In this document: piece after piece, positions 1 through 11,863 of the stretch | Layout: the number at the start of each line of letters is the position of its first letter | Position numbering within the stretch: position 1 is the stretch's first letter | Origin: Stramenopiles sp. TOSAG23-2 | Lineage: Eukaryota | Assembly (NCBI GenBank): GCA_900128395.1 | Contig: LT649257.1 | Span: 1-57,244 of the forward strand | Direction: 5' to 3' | DNA length: 57,244 bases | Translations under genes and position numbers: made by a program | The notes under the pieces: generated by a model | The model's database searches: none | What the model was told of the DNA's origin: nothing | What the model saw: only the letters and a program-made list of their open reading frames with translations

Positions 1-336
1 GAGAACGATACAGAACGATACTTTATTTTGGACCTCAATGCTATTCCCATGCTAACGTATCGTTCTCTAAAAAAAATTGACTGGGCTAGCTGGGCTAGCT
101 ATCTAGACTAATAAGCAGGCGTGCAGGCCCGGCAGGCCCGGCACAGGCTCTAATAAAATAATTAATCGAAGCACCTAATAATTGAAATAATACATTTACC
201 TGTACTATTATTACTGTACCAGGTGGTAGTATCCTAATAAATAATAATAAAATACATGCTCTGTAATATAATAGTAGTCCAGGTAGTGTGCAAAAAATAT
301 ATAATAATACAATTGTATATATACTTTTTGATGAAG

Positions 337-750
337 AAAAAATGAAAAAGAATTTTCAGAAATAAAAAAATATAAATAATGGTATATTTAATTGATTTAT
401 CAACGTTTATAGCACATTTTTCTATTTCTGTCTTTCTTTTCTCTGTTCTCTTTCCACCTCTTAACATAAAATATGAAACCATTGAGTGAGTTGGTAGGCA
501 GCAGGCAACGGAAGGATATAGTTCATTTTGAAACAATTTTAAAAAAAATGAAAAAGAATTTTCAGAAATAAAAAAATATAAATAATGGTATATATAAATG
601 ATTTATCAACGTTTATAGCACATTTTTCTATTTCTGTCTTTCTTTTCTCTGTTCTCTTTCCACCTCTTAACATAAAATATGAAACCATTGAGTGAGTTGG
701 TAGGCAGCAGGCAACGGAAGGATATAGTTCATTTTGAAACAATTTTAAAA
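337..750. repeat. Tandem duplication, 206-bp period, two copies
   Basis: ATGAAAAAGAATTTTCAGA starts at 342 and 548. The copies match through ...GAAACAATTTTAAAA except ggtatatttaattg vs ggtatatataaatg. Confidence 0.95.
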
Positions 751-1320
751 GATATCGATGAATATTGGATAGCAGTGGAGAGAAGATACATTATTTTATT
801 TTGTTTTTTGCTGGGATGGAACACATGGAATATTATATATATATGTAATTGCATTTTTGATACTAAATGTGGTTATGGATTTTTGTCTATGTGGAATCTC
901 AGCCACACAATCATTGCTGCAAGCGCAATAAGTTTATTTTTGAAAAATAAACCATTGCAAACTTTAAATAGAGCTAGTGTACATGAAGAAAGATGTCAAA
1001 ATGGTTTATCACTTTTAAATATGTATAGGGACGAAAAAAAGAAAAAAGTTTTTCATGTGAATAATTAAAAAAGGAATGACGCCGCGCTTGTTTGAGAGGG
1101 AAAAAATGATAGAATATCTTTTATAAAATATATATTTGAGTAAAGAGAAGAATTGTAAATTTTTGTAAACAAATTGATTTTAAAATATGTAAAAAAAATA
1201 TTACGATCGTATTAATATTACGCATGGTAGCTGGTTTATAATAAGACCCGGACAAGCTGAGCATTAAAAATATTTACATATTTTAACGTAAAAAAATAAT
1301 ATAAGGATTAATTATAAGTT

Positions 1321-1425
1321 TACGCGTAATTTATGCTTTAATTTACTCATATAATAACTCCTACTCTTCAAAAGAATACAATAATTGAAATAATCTAATC
1401 TCACACTCTAGTGTGTTGATATTCC
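1321..1425 (-). repeat. Dispersed intergenic repeat family A, copy 1
   Basis: Reverse complement GTGAGATTAGATT..TTATTGTATTCTTTTGAAGAGTAGGAGTTATTATATGAGTAAATTAAA aligns with 12896-12985 and partly with 27831-27997. Confidence 0.8.
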
Positions 1426-1861
1426 ATAGCAGTTGATGAAAAACGAATATCATAGGAAGGCGGAGAATAAATTGTACCGGGGTGCTACAAGTCATTAATA
1501 CGACTCACCAATTGCACATTTTAAAGCAAAACGATTATTATAAGCGCAAAGTTTTAATAATCGCAGTTTGTATATCTCTACATGTAGCAGAAATCCAATT
1601 AGAAGCTGCGAGCTCATTTACTTCAGGCTATGTTGGAGATCTTTTTATTTTATATATGCATATATTATATGAGTAAGAGAAAAACACATATCATATATTT
1701 TTATATGATAGGGTATAGAAGTATATTTAAAAATGCAGATCTTATGCATATTAATTTTTATTTTAATTATGCATATGTCTATTATTTAGTATTTTACATG
1801 TATATATATGTGATGTAACTTTTTCATAAGAAAATCAAAAATCATCTTATATGATGTCCCA

Positions 1862-2302
1862 TTACCCAATTCGACTTTGAGCCAAGGTTTTGTAATGATG
1901 TTGTTTTTTCTGATAGACATGTTTCGCAGCAAATAAAAATATCACAAAACAAACAAATTGAAAAACAAAAAAATACCAACTTTCATCAGTATCCAAAGTA
2001 TCACTACCACAACTTCGATACTTTTCTGTAAATTTTACTTCATCCATGATTTTGTCTGGACTTTCAACAACTTTTCCATCATTGGCCGTAATGTTATTTA
2101 TGTTATCTACGCATCTAACTTTAACCCGATGACCAGTTTCCCTACAACCATCGTCTTGTTTATTACTACATTTAATACATTTTTCTATTATTTTACAAGT
2201 TTCAACCAACTTTCTTTTTTTACATTCTACAACATATTGTGATGATAGGACAAATAACAAGAAGCAGACTTGTATAATGTGAAAGTAATAATTTCGTTTC
2301 AT
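1862..2302 (-). CDS. JTB (jumping translocation breakpoint)-like small membrane protein
   Basis: 146 aa: N-terminal signal-like segment, Cys pattern CKIIEKCIKCS..GCRETGHRVKVRC..YRSC, C-terminal TM (YFFVFQFVCFVIFLFAA) and basic tail, as in the JTB family. Confidence 0.65.
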   Translation of the reverse strand: MKRNYYFHIIQVCFLLFVLSSQYVVECKKRKLVETCKIIEKCIKCSNKQDDGCRETGHRVKVRCVDNINNITANDGKVVESPDKIMDEVKFTEKYRSCGSDTLDTDESWYFFVFQFVCFVIFLFAAKHVYQKKQHHYKTLAQSRIG

Positions 2303-3047
2303 CGATTACGTTTACAATCTTATCTTTCCCCTGACATACACTCAATAAAAACAATATATAGATAGAATAATTGTATTTTTCTTTCATGTAACTGTGTAAA
2401 ATGTTTTTTTATTACTTTTCTATTATTTCAATTATTAATTAATTTTTGGAAAGAAGAAGTTTCTTTTTTTGGCTTCTATTTTCTGGCTTTTTGACAAAAA
2501 TCGAGGAGTGAATAGTGAATGGCACGCCCAGCACGCCCAGCACGCAACACGCAAAATACATCTCTACTGTATCAACCTTACTGTATGTATTCTACCAAGC
2601 CTATATACGAAGTACCAATATGATTTTCAACAATACTTCCCTATCAAGTTCTGTAAATACATATACTAATTCTGTACTTAACATGTGGTAAACATATAAT
2701 TTACTGTTTACTTTTTTAAGGGAAAAGTACAAAAATATAGTGTGGGGACAAAAAGTGCAAGAAGGTTAAGGTATAAATTAAAATGTATTATAAATCTTCT
2801 TGCACTTTTCCTTTATGGTTTAACCTAAACCAGTTGCACAGTTGTTGCATCATCACAGTTGTTGTTGCGTTGTTGTGCCTATTAATTATTATTAGGATTA
2901 GATGTGTGCAGTATATAAATATACTGTATATATTAGTTCATATTTATGTTCTTAGTGAGAGATAAATGAATATATGCTGTATTTACAACCACTACTGATA
3001 AAAAATCAATATAGTTAATAAATAAAAATAGTTTATAAATTAACAGT

Positions 3048-4352
3048 ATGTCAGATTTAACAAGTTGGGGCACAGGATTGAAAGACACGGATGATAATAA
3101 TAATAATATGTTAATAAAGCCAATGTCTAGGAGATCCTTTACCGAAGGAAATGGCAATGTTGCTAAGATACCGGCACAAAGAAGATCTCGATCCAATACC
3201 CATAGTGCATCTTTCTTGAAGGATTTTAACCAATATGGTTCAACAGTAAAGACTGAAAAAAATACAAATAAAATATTGTTATTTTATTGCCCGGAAATGG
3301 AACAGGTTGCGAAAGAATGTGTAGAGCTGGCAGACGGGGAAATTGTATTAGGAAATGTTGAATTCAAACAATTTCCAGATGGTTGGCCGAATTTGTTTAT
3401 TAAAAACCAAGGATTGATCAAACAAAACGCTTGCTGTTTCTTAGCTTCATTTCATTCACCGGAAGTCGTTTTTACACAATTATCTGCTATATATGCATTG
3501 GCAAAATATAGAGCAAGAGAGTACAAAGTAATTGTGCCGTATTTTGCAACCGGAACTATGGACAGGGTACCGTAAAATTCTATTCCCCTAAACCTAAAAA
3601 ATGTATCCTCTCTAACACATCACTCATTCATACGCTACGCTCCACAGATAAGCGAACCTGGCGAAGTAGCAACTGCAATGACTATGGCTAGACTTTTAAG
3701 TGCAATTCCCATGTGTGCTACTGGTCCAGCAACACTTCAAATTATTGATATACATGCCTTGCAAGAAAAATTTTATTTTTCAGATCAAGTTTTAATACAA
3801 TTGAAATCTGCTATTTATTTATTATTAGAAAAAATCAAGTTTATATCAGATGAAAGTGGGGAGGATGGTGAAATTATTACTATTGTTTTTCCTGATAATG
3901 GAGCATCAAAAAGATTTAAATCAAAGTTTAATAAATTTGATCAAATTATATGTGAAAAGAAACGTATCGGGGAGGAAAGGGTTATACATATATTGGAAGG
4001 CATAGCTGAAGGGAAGCATTGTATAATTATTGATGATTTGGTCCAAACCGGTGGTACAATATTACAATGTGCGAAATGCCTACTTGCAGCAGGTGCATCA
4101 AAAGTTTCGGCGTACTGTACCCACGCTGTATTTCCGAAGCAGTCATATAAGAAATTTTTTCCAAATGAAGAAACTGGGAAATGTTTATTACACAAATTTT
4201 TCATCACTAATACTGTACCAACCATTGCCACATATTTACAAGATAAAGAACCATTCGAAGTTTTATCAATGGCACCGGTCCTTTGCCACAGTTTGTTGGA
4301 CGATCGTTTAAATTACCAATATACAACTACGGCAATTGAAATGGATTCGTAG
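3048..4352 (+). CDS. Ribose-phosphate pyrophosphokinase, class II (plant PRS3/4-like); join(3048..3566,3648..4352)
   Basis: Motifs FPDGWPNLF, PYFATGTMDR, DIHALQE, VFPDNGA and IIDDLVQTGGT. Removing the GT..AG intron 3567-3647 gives continuous MDR|ISEPGEVATA. Confidence 0.93.
3567..3647 (+). other. Spliceosomal intron (81 nt, phase 0), introner-like
   Basis: GTACCG...CCACAG with an in-frame TAA and a CTAAC branch-like motif; homologous to the intron at 13479-13557. Confidence 0.9.
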
Positions 4353-4568
4353 GAAAAGAGAGTAGGACGTAAATAATTATATAATATGATATATAAAAAA
4401 TTCTCTTATTTATAATTTTATATGATGCGCAATAAAATAATTAATGCAATATATATATACGTATTTAGTATTGATAAAACGCTATTTCAGAAGAAGAAAG
4501 AAGGAGAATGCAGAATAAAATATTATACGATATTTTATCGGGGGTGTCTTAAAATAATCTATATTTTG

Positions 4569-7500
4569 TTACATGACCCCTTTCAACCCGGTTTGCAATT
4601 GGATTTGCAATGCTGGACTCAAATTTTGAACAGCAATTTTAAATCTTACTTGTCCTGTTTTCAACAGTTGCAATGCATAGGTAGCAGCTAATTTTGCGAG
4701 CAATTTGCTCCTATCAATATGTTGAAAAGCTGCGAGAATTTCAATTAAAAAATTTGCAAAATTTTGATCTGATGATAACAAGCCAGCTTGAACAAGCATT
4801 TTAACTGCTATGGTTTTAACTTCATCATCAGTCTCATCATTGTCTCCCGTAGATAATAAAAGAACGATTTCAGTACCGACTAATGCCAAAAGATTTGATG
4901 CAGATAATGCGCCAAATGAATGAATGGTCCGAGAAGAAGCATTTTTATCTGACATCAAGTATTGAATACAACACAATCCACCAAAAATAATAGTATTTGG
5001 ATTTGTTGGATTTAAAGCGTTTTTCAATAAATCAATTGTATCGAAAAATATTTTACTTTGGAAGTTTTCTCTACATAATTTTACTAAGGATATCAAATTA
5101 CATTGCAATGATCCATATGCGTGAGAAGATTGTAAATTCAAACCACCAATACTATTTTCTTCTTTTATTTTTTCGAGTAGGTTTGAACATAAGCTTTCAT
5201 ACAAATCTAAAACTGCATTTTCTTTCAAATTATGCCTTTCTTCAATAGCCGCATTATCTATTTCTTTATCACATTTGATGAGAACATGGACAAACTTTTG
5301 TAACGCGCGTACAACCAATAATGATGTATCATTTTCAACCCGCAATAAAGATGTATGCAAAATAAAAACCAATTTTAAAAGGGAGGCACGATAATTGCTT
5401 CGGGCTTCAGTTGGTAGACACAATGTCACTGTAGTTAACATTTCAAGGGCATTGATAATGGTTCTAACTGCCATTGGTTGTAGCTCAACAGAAGATGAAA
5501 TGGTATCTTTGGTCTTCAACGTATAATGAATAATTCTTGCACAATATTCAATCAATGTGTGGCATAGATCAAAACCTGTAGTTGCTTCCTCGATGAAGCA
5601 GCTTTTCAACCAATCCAAATTTTGTTCAGATATTAGACATGCTAATAAAGCGACAGCTATGGTTGACATAGTTTCAGTACCCGATTCGATTGATCCCAAA
5701 CCATTGGCTAAAATAGAAACAATTTCCACCGCCAGTTCTACTGGTATACGATTTTCATTGACATATTTATTCGAAAACAGCCAACGCAAGACGGTAAAAC
5801 ATCTTGTTGCTTTTGTCAAATCAATTTTATCCCTTGTATCACCAGTTGGCGAGTGTGCTAAACATTGCAAACATACACCTAGTATTAAACTGTAATGGTG
5901 ATCTTCTTCTTCTTCTTCTTCCCCACTTTCTTTTTTCCCTTTTTTTGGCGACACGTCATCGTCTTTCCAAAGTTCCGTACCGAGAAAAGAAGCTGCGGCA
6001 ATTGTCAACGTAGGCCAAAACTGTTCATATATTGGCACAACTTGAAGTGCATCTTCATTATATTCAAGTAATGTTTTTTCAGGAATTCTAAATACTACTT
6101 TGCGCCCAGCCCTAGATGCATTGCCTCGTGCATTTAAAGATACATAATCACGAAGAGCGGTGAACCAATAATTCCGTAGTTGTGGTAAGATATCTTTCAG
6201 CGCTTTTGACAATGCCTTCCTCATGTCAACTGATACTGAAGACGACGTTAGATTCATAACAGTATCATTGCTTTCGCAACAATTCCATACAAACATTTGT
6301 GGTTCCAATGTTGACGCTTGCAACGTTCCTAGCGCAGTTAAGCGAGCAAGTAGTTTGCACATGGTTATGTGTTCTTGGTGTTCCTCGGGCTTTGGAGGCC
6401 TTACAGTTTTTTGGAGGTCAATATCAGCCAATAAAGTTTTAACAGCCCGTCGAGCCATAGCAAGATCGGTACTAATTCCAAGACTTATTAACGACGATAC
6501 GGAGCGACATGCTTGAATTGTTAAAGGAGGATACGAGCCCTTTTTAAAGCATGGCCGAAGCGCTGAATTGATTTGCGCTTCATATTGTAACAGAATTGAT
6601 TTTTTTGGTTCCTTCGGATCTTTTGAGTTTGCAAACATTTCTATAATATCGCCAATAAAACTTATACCTCGTGTTTGTATTTGATAGAGTTCGCCACCGT
6701 CAACCGATGATGTTGACATCACACAAGCTAATTTTACTAGCTCACGAAGGTGATAGATTAGAAATTCAGGACTTTTCTTGTTCTTTTTTGCATCTTCGAT
6801 CAATTTCTTTTTTCGCTTCTTCTCTTTTTTACTATTACTACTGTTAGAATTTTCTTTTTCTGATGGCATATTAAAATGCTTCTCTGAAAATTCAGACAAT
6901 CGAGCCAACTGAAGGAGCTTTTGTAAACATTCTAACGCAACATTTTTAGATTGCCATCTGATTCCATTTAAAGGCCAAAAATCCGGTTCTAGTGGGACTT
7001 CGTATAGTTCTGCTATTTGGTTATATGGGCTTTTCTTTTCAGCTTCAAGTTTTAATTTTTTCCTCTCATCTATTTCCTTCTTCCTCTTCTCCTTCTCTTT
7101 TTTCATTTCTTCATCATCATCGTCTGTATCATCATTATCTTCATCATCGCCATCCCCACTATTAGAAGATGAAGATATAATTACACTTCTTAATATATTG
7201 AACCAACGTGATGTTGATTCACGCGTACATGATGTATCTAGACCAATCATTTCTAACAAAACTTCTCGAACATTTTGTACTAATGCTTGGCGTGACATAG
7301 ATGCATCTGGATCTCGCCCTCGTGGAGAAGTTTGGTGCCTCATACGCAATAATCCAACGCCATCTACAGAATTTAACGGCGGCACGATATTGTGAGAACC
7401 AATAATCGTAGATGAAAGTCCAAACCCACCCATTGCCATAACAGATGGGGCAACTTCTACAGCGGCTTGACTGCAATCAAGAGTATAAAACAAATACGGA

Positions 7501-10500
7501 GCTAATGCAAAAACTAATTTAGGTTCTCTTTCTACGATCCTTCTTATACAATTACATGCTTTTCTTTGTATTAGCAAGGAACCGTTTATTAAATTATCCA
7601 AAATCCATGGCATGGCATCTATAAGGCCAAGATCTTTTGGACAAAACATGGCAACCTGTTCCACATAAAATAAACATTCTTCCTGTATCACTTCAAAATT
7701 TGACTCTTTTAGTTCCTCCCAACAAGACCAAAGTTGTTTCATTCTACCCGACTCTGCAAAACCAAGCAATTCTGGTCCCATACCACCAACCACTGAATTG
7801 ATCAGGCGGCCAAGGCAAAGCAGAACACCCGCATTTATTTGGTCGTCATAAGCTTCCCGCTCACGAGATGTCTCGCTTATACGTCCTGCTAGTAAATGCG
7901 CATCTACAAGTGCCATTGTAGGCTTGACATATTTTTCAAATCCAACACCGACTGAATTTATAACAATCCAAAAGGAGTGTAAACCCCAAGTTCGAATAGG
8001 CTGTGAGATTTCCCTTGACTGGTGATAGAAAAAATTATCAGGGACGACAGAACTACGATACATGCTACCCAATCTTCGTCTTATACACGCCAAAGCAAAT
8101 ATTGCACCTGCGCGATAATGTTTCATGTCCTCTTCATTATTATTACTACTATCTTTAACTTCTAAGCTTTTATGTAATGATTTTTCCACAGATTTTGCAA
8201 ATGACATATCTGTTATTGCTAATGCCATATATCCAATACCTTCAGCTGCGGCGCGTCTAACTAAACTATCACGACTACGTAACGCAGTTATTAATAAACC
8301 CTTACACGTACTTTTCCATTGACCACGAGAGGAAGATAAAACGTTGCTGCTACCATTGGTAGCTGTCGACGACGAAAAAATGTTAACTTTGGTTCCAAAC
8401 GCAACCAATGATTTACTAGCACCCAACATTGCGGCGAATATATTTCTTACTGCAAATGCCGTTGTTGTACTTGACTTGTTATCGGCAGCTTTGATAGACT
8501 TTTTAAACCCATCTAATAAACGTGTACGTGCTTCAGGTGACAATGCAGGGAAGGATACGGCAAAAAGTCCAATTGCAGCATCAACATGGCGTTGAATTGC
8601 AAATGGACTTGGTGAGCAATCAACAGGACGCCAACTGCGTCTTGGAGAAACAATGTCACTACCTCTTCCAGCCCCATTCGCAATTATTGGAACAGCCCAT
8701 GCCATAGCATTTATTAATGCAAATTCTTGCTCTATTAAACTTATTTTGACATAAGCTGAGTCCAACGACAATGCTATAGGTTCTTCAAGAACATCCACAT
8801 CGCTTACAAAATGTATATCCTCCCCTCTGCATCTTGGAATACCAGGCCATTTTCTTTCCCCAATTTGTAAAGATGCATCCCCCGAGTCTAAAAGTGGAAG
8901 ACAATCCAACAACGAAGTCTGTCCATACAAGCCATCTACAAACGCAGTAACAGTAGATTGGACCAGCGATGGCAATGCTCTTGCTAAGGTTTCAGATACT
9001 GGTAACAGAGCACATGCTTCTAATGACGTAGCATATAATGTTATGAACATAATATCAGCTTTCACGTTTTTGGATTGTTTGCTTTTATTCGTACTGCCAC
9101 CAAGGAACGATGCACTAATTGTTTTTGTATTAGAATTAGAATTTGCTAAATTAGATAACGACTGAAGCGGTGGCGACAATGCACTGACAACATTTAATAC
9201 ACATATAACACATTCTTCCATGGATTCTGCATCATCATTTGCTAATGTTGGCCAACTTGCAACTAGCCGAGTTAATGCACACATCGCCGTAGCAACAACT
9301 TCTAGTTCTGACATTGAAGTCGCCGCATTCAAAGAATGCGGAGAACGTGCTCGGCATACTTCTTTTAAAACTGAAATAATATTATGTAGATGCGGACGAA
9401 CAGTCAATGGACCAAGAGCAATAATTCCCATTATTAATGTCCAACCAGCGCGAGCACATGCAGACGCTGCAGTTGCGAGTAGGGCGTCATCATTATATTG
9501 ATGAAGCAATGCAGTAGATAAATACAACACGGTGTTAACAGTTGATCTTGGTACACCCAATGAACATGCAGGAACCGCAAATAAAAGTGCGGCAACCGCC
9601 ATACTTCGTCCACGCAAACCGATCAAAAGCTGTATGACTTCGACTTGTTCTTTTTTTGATGGCTTTTTACGCCCCTTTTTTGACATTGCAATGGTTATAA
9701 GGTCTCCATGATTCTTAACCATATTTTCAACCAGCTCATCAAGCAGTTTGCTACCAAGTGCCGGTATTGCAGCCATAAATGAACGTGCACAGGTAGCTGT
9801 TTCCAGACGCACTGCGTGAGCTGGATGTACAACTAAGTCACTCAAAACGTTTCTGCAATCAGCACCTATCCCACCCGCCGCATCACCCAACGCACTTAAT
9901 AAATGGCTTAACGCAGAAAGCAACACTACAATTTGTAAATCATCCAGTTTATCCACTTTTTTCGGCTTCAATTTATGTAATATCATTTGCGATATTAAAA
10001 TTAAGTGATGTTCAGGACGTTGATATACAATTGCATTGCGTAAGATGTAAGATGTTAAAGCTTGCATATAGTCTTTATGCGAATCAGTGGACGATACTTT
10101 GGAAGTTGTCGGCTTCATTAGAGACAAAATTTTCGAAATCAATGGTGGCAATACCTCTTTTGTCATAGATATATCACTCGTTGAAGGATGCCGAACAACT
10201 TCTATCATAGCTTTTGCTATACCTAATTTCCCTGCTTTTGATGTTGATCTGTTTAATTGTGCACATAAATATGAAACTGCACTTGGCAATGAAAAATTCA
10301 TTGGTGGCTTTTTTTTAGTGCCCAATGATAACTTTCGCGTTTCCACCTTTTTAATGCTTCCCGGTTCTACTGGATTTAAAATGGATATAGTCATCATCGT
10401 CCCAATTGCACGTCCATATGCAAGTCTAACTTTCGGTGATAAATCATCTACACCACGCATGGCCAATGCCATTAAATTGTCCAACGGAAGGGAGTCAAAA

Positions 10501-11210
10501 ATGTTTGTTGCCATCGCAAGAGCTTCAAGTGCAGAGCCTACTATAACTCGAATTTCACTTGATTTATCTTTACTAGCAGTCGTCAAAAATTTTAATGCAG
10601 CTAGATGTGAATGCTTTCCAGCATATCCACAAGAATTGATCACTTCAAAAACGCACATTACCGTAGCTCGTTTCACTTGAATATCTGACAAACGCATTTG
10701 TTTCCCACATGCTGTTAAAACATCTTGAAAATAGGATGAAACATTTTTACCTTGCGTTTTAAATAACATTTCGATAGAGTGCAATACTGTACAACTAACA
10801 TGACGATCTGTTTTTTTATCGTTTAAGATTTCAACCCAACGAGCCAATGTATCAAATAAAGTCCGTGTTCTTCCAGCGAGATACAATAAACCATAACATT
10901 CAGCAATTAAAGTACGTAGAGGACTTGTTAATTGTTCTTGCAATAGCATTAAGACAGCATGCAATAACTTTTCACAATGAACTTGCAGCGTTTCCAATGG
11001 CAATGCTGGCAATTTCTTCTGCTCTTCTTTACTCAGAGCTTTCCGCTTTTTATCTAACTTTAACGCATCTCTCAAGTGATACCTTAATTGAATAATTTGT
11101 CGATATGTTTGTCTTTTAAATTTGGACTTCTTTGCAGTAACACCACCACTTTTTTGTGATTTAATTAATTTTTGTAATCCACGTAAAGTTTCATCAAATT
11201 CTACCGGCAT
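4569..11210 (-). CDS. HEATR5: HEAT repeat-containing protein 5 (HEATR5/Laa1/SWEETIE family)
   Basis: ~2200-aa intronless helical ORF, first ATG at 11210. Family-like segments VRRAAAEGIG, HYRAGAIFALACIRRRLG, RTWGLHSFW, RWQSKNVALECL and ILLQYEAQINSALRPCF. Confidence 0.85.
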   Translation of the reverse strand: MPVEFDETLRGLQKLIKSQKSGGVTAKKSKFKRQTYRQIIQLRYHLRDALKLDKKRKALSKEEQKKLPALPLETLQVHCEKLLHAVLMLLQEQLTSPLRTLIAECYGLLYLAGRTRTLFDTLARWVEILNDKKTDRHVSCTVLHSIEMLFKTQGKNVSSYFQDVLTACGKQMRLSDIQVKRATVMCVFEVINSCGYAGKHSHLAALKFLTTASKDKSSEIRVIVGSALEALAMATNIFDSLPLDNLMALAMRGVDDLSPKVRLAYGRAIGTMMTISILNPVEPGSIKKVETRKLSLGTKKKPPMNFSLPSAVSYLCAQLNRSTSKAGKLGIAKAMIEVVRHPSTSDISMTKEVLPPLISKILSLMKPTTSKVSSTDSHKDYMQALTSYILRNAIVYQRPEHHLILISQMILHKLKPKKVDKLDDLQIVVLLSALSHLLSALGDAAGGIGADCRNVLSDLVVHPAHAVRLETATCARSFMAAIPALGSKLLDELVENMVKNHGDLITIAMSKKGRKKPSKKEQVEVIQLLIGLRGRSMAVAALLFAVPACSLGVPRSTVNTVLYLSTALLHQYNDDALLATAASACARAGWTLIMGIIALGPLTVRPHLHNIISVLKEVCRARSPHSLNAATSMSELEVVATAMCALTRLVASWPTLANDDAESMEECVICVLNVVSALSPPLQSLSNLANSNSNTKTISASFLGGSTNKSKQSKNVKADIMFITLYATSLEACALLPVSETLARALPSLVQSTVTAFVDGLYGQTSLLDCLPLLDSGDASLQIGERKWPGIPRCRGEDIHFVSDVDVLEEPIALSLDSAYVKISLIEQEFALINAMAWAVPIIANGAGRGSDIVSPRRSWRPVDCSPSPFAIQRHVDAAIGLFAVSFPALSPEARTRLLDGFKKSIKAADNKSSTTTAFAVRNIFAAMLGASKSLVAFGTKVNIFSSSTATNGSSNVLSSSRGQWKSTCKGLLITALRSRDSLVRRAAAEGIGYMALAITDMSFAKSVEKSLHKSLEVKDSSNNNEEDMKHYRAGAIFALACIRRRLGSMYRSSVVPDNFFYHQSREISQPIRTWGLHSFWIVINSVGVGFEKYVKPTMALVDAHLLAGRISETSREREAYDDQINAGVLLCLGRLINSVVGGMGPELLGFAESGRMKQLWSCWEELKESNFEVIQEECLFYVEQVAMFCPKDLGLIDAMPWILDNLINGSLLIQRKACNCIRRIVEREPKLVFALAPYLFYTLDCSQAAVEVAPSVMAMGGFGLSSTIIGSHNIVPPLNSVDGVGLLRMRHQTSPRGRDPDASMSRQALVQNVREVLLEMIGLDTSCTRESTSRWFNILRSVIISSSSNSGDGDDEDNDDTDDDDEEMKKEKEKRKKEIDERKKLKLEAEKKSPYNQIAELYEVPLEPDFWPLNGIRWQSKNVALECLQKLLQLARLSEFSEKHFNMPSEKENSNSSNSKKEKKRKKKLIEDAKKNKKSPEFLIYHLRELVKLACVMSTSSVDGGELYQIQTRGISFIGDIIEMFANSKDPKEPKKSILLQYEAQINSALRPCFKKGSYPPLTIQACRSVSSLISLGISTDLAMARRAVKTLLADIDLQKTVRPPKPEEHQEHITMCKLLARLTALGTLQASTLEPQMFVWNCCESNDTVMNLTSSSVSVDMRKALSKALKDILPQLRNYWFTALRDYVSLNARGNASRAGRKVVFRIPEKTLLEYNEDALQVVPIYEQFWPTLTIAAASFLGTELWKDDDVSPKKGKKESGEEEEEEDHHYSLILGVCLQCLAHSPTGDTRDKIDLTKATRCFTVLRWLFSNKYVNENRIPVELAVEIVSILANGLGSIESGTETMSTIAVALLACLISEQNLDWLKSCFIEEATTGFDLCHTLIEYCARIIHYTLKTKDTISSSVELQPMAVRTIINALEMLTTVTLCLPTEARSNYRASLLKLVFILHTSLLRVENDTSLLVVRALQKFVHVLIKCDKEIDNAAIEERHNLKENAVLDLYESLCSNLLEKIKEENSIGGLNLQSSHAYGSLQCNLISLVKLCRENFQSKIFFDTIDLLKNALNPTNPNTIIFGGLCCIQYLMSDKNASSRTIHSFGALSASNLLALVGTEIVLLLSTGDNDETDDEVKTIAVKMLVQAGLLSSDQNFANFLIEILAAFQHIDRSKLLAKLAATYALQLLKTGQVRFKIAVQNLSPALQIQLQTGLKGVM

Positions 11211-11863
11211 GTTGCTTTTTTCAATTAATTTTAATGACAAATTTTCGCTTTAAAACAAAGAAATATGTCGTTGAATGATTTAAATGGTAGTAGATAATAA
11301 TGATATGATATTCTATATGGATGTCGATTATTATTTAGAATGATTATGGCTCTGTATTATTTAATATGGTTATATTATAAATAATAAATAGATATGTAGC
11401 TATTTATAAATATATATATGAGTAGCACAGTAGTCTATATTATTAATAATTTCCTAGTCTATTTTCCTCTCTGCTATTTATCCATTATTTATATTCCTTG
11501 TAAACCAGTAAATAAGAAGACGGATGAAACTCTCCCCAAAACAGGCGTGGTCTAAAATTAGTACAGATTTAGTGGTATAAACATTAAAATACTAAAACGT
11601 ATAGGAAAAAATGGATAGTTTCAAAATACATGTATAGAGAATGGTATACTATAACGATTTGTGCACTTCGAGATCTGAGATTTTATTATTAGTTATAATT
11701 ATTTATTATATATATTATATATATTATATATATATTGTTCGTTGTATGATGATAATAATTATTATCCGGATCCTAAATATCGGAAAGCAACAATACCTTT
11801 TGAAATATTAATATAGATAATTTGATTCGGATAGATATAGAATAGAATATTATTTTGTGTAAC

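Noticed and set aside
1-67. 11-bp inverted repeat GAGAACGATAC / GTATCGTTCTC with a direct copy at 12-21
   Set aside because: Truncated by the window start, no TSD assessable, too short to interpret.
234-742. Twin minus-strand ORFs starting MFQNELYPSV
   Set aside because: By-product of the 206-bp duplication; non-ATG starts and AT-rich low-complexity translation.
679-1068. 129-aa ORF as a confident gene
   Set aside because: No recognisable domain and its start lies within a duplication; may be a gene relic, so not called.
4997-11095. Many short antisense ORFs within HEATR5 (likewise in RPB2, AFG3 and the transporter)
   Set aside because: Shadow ORFs of long genes, without independent motifs.
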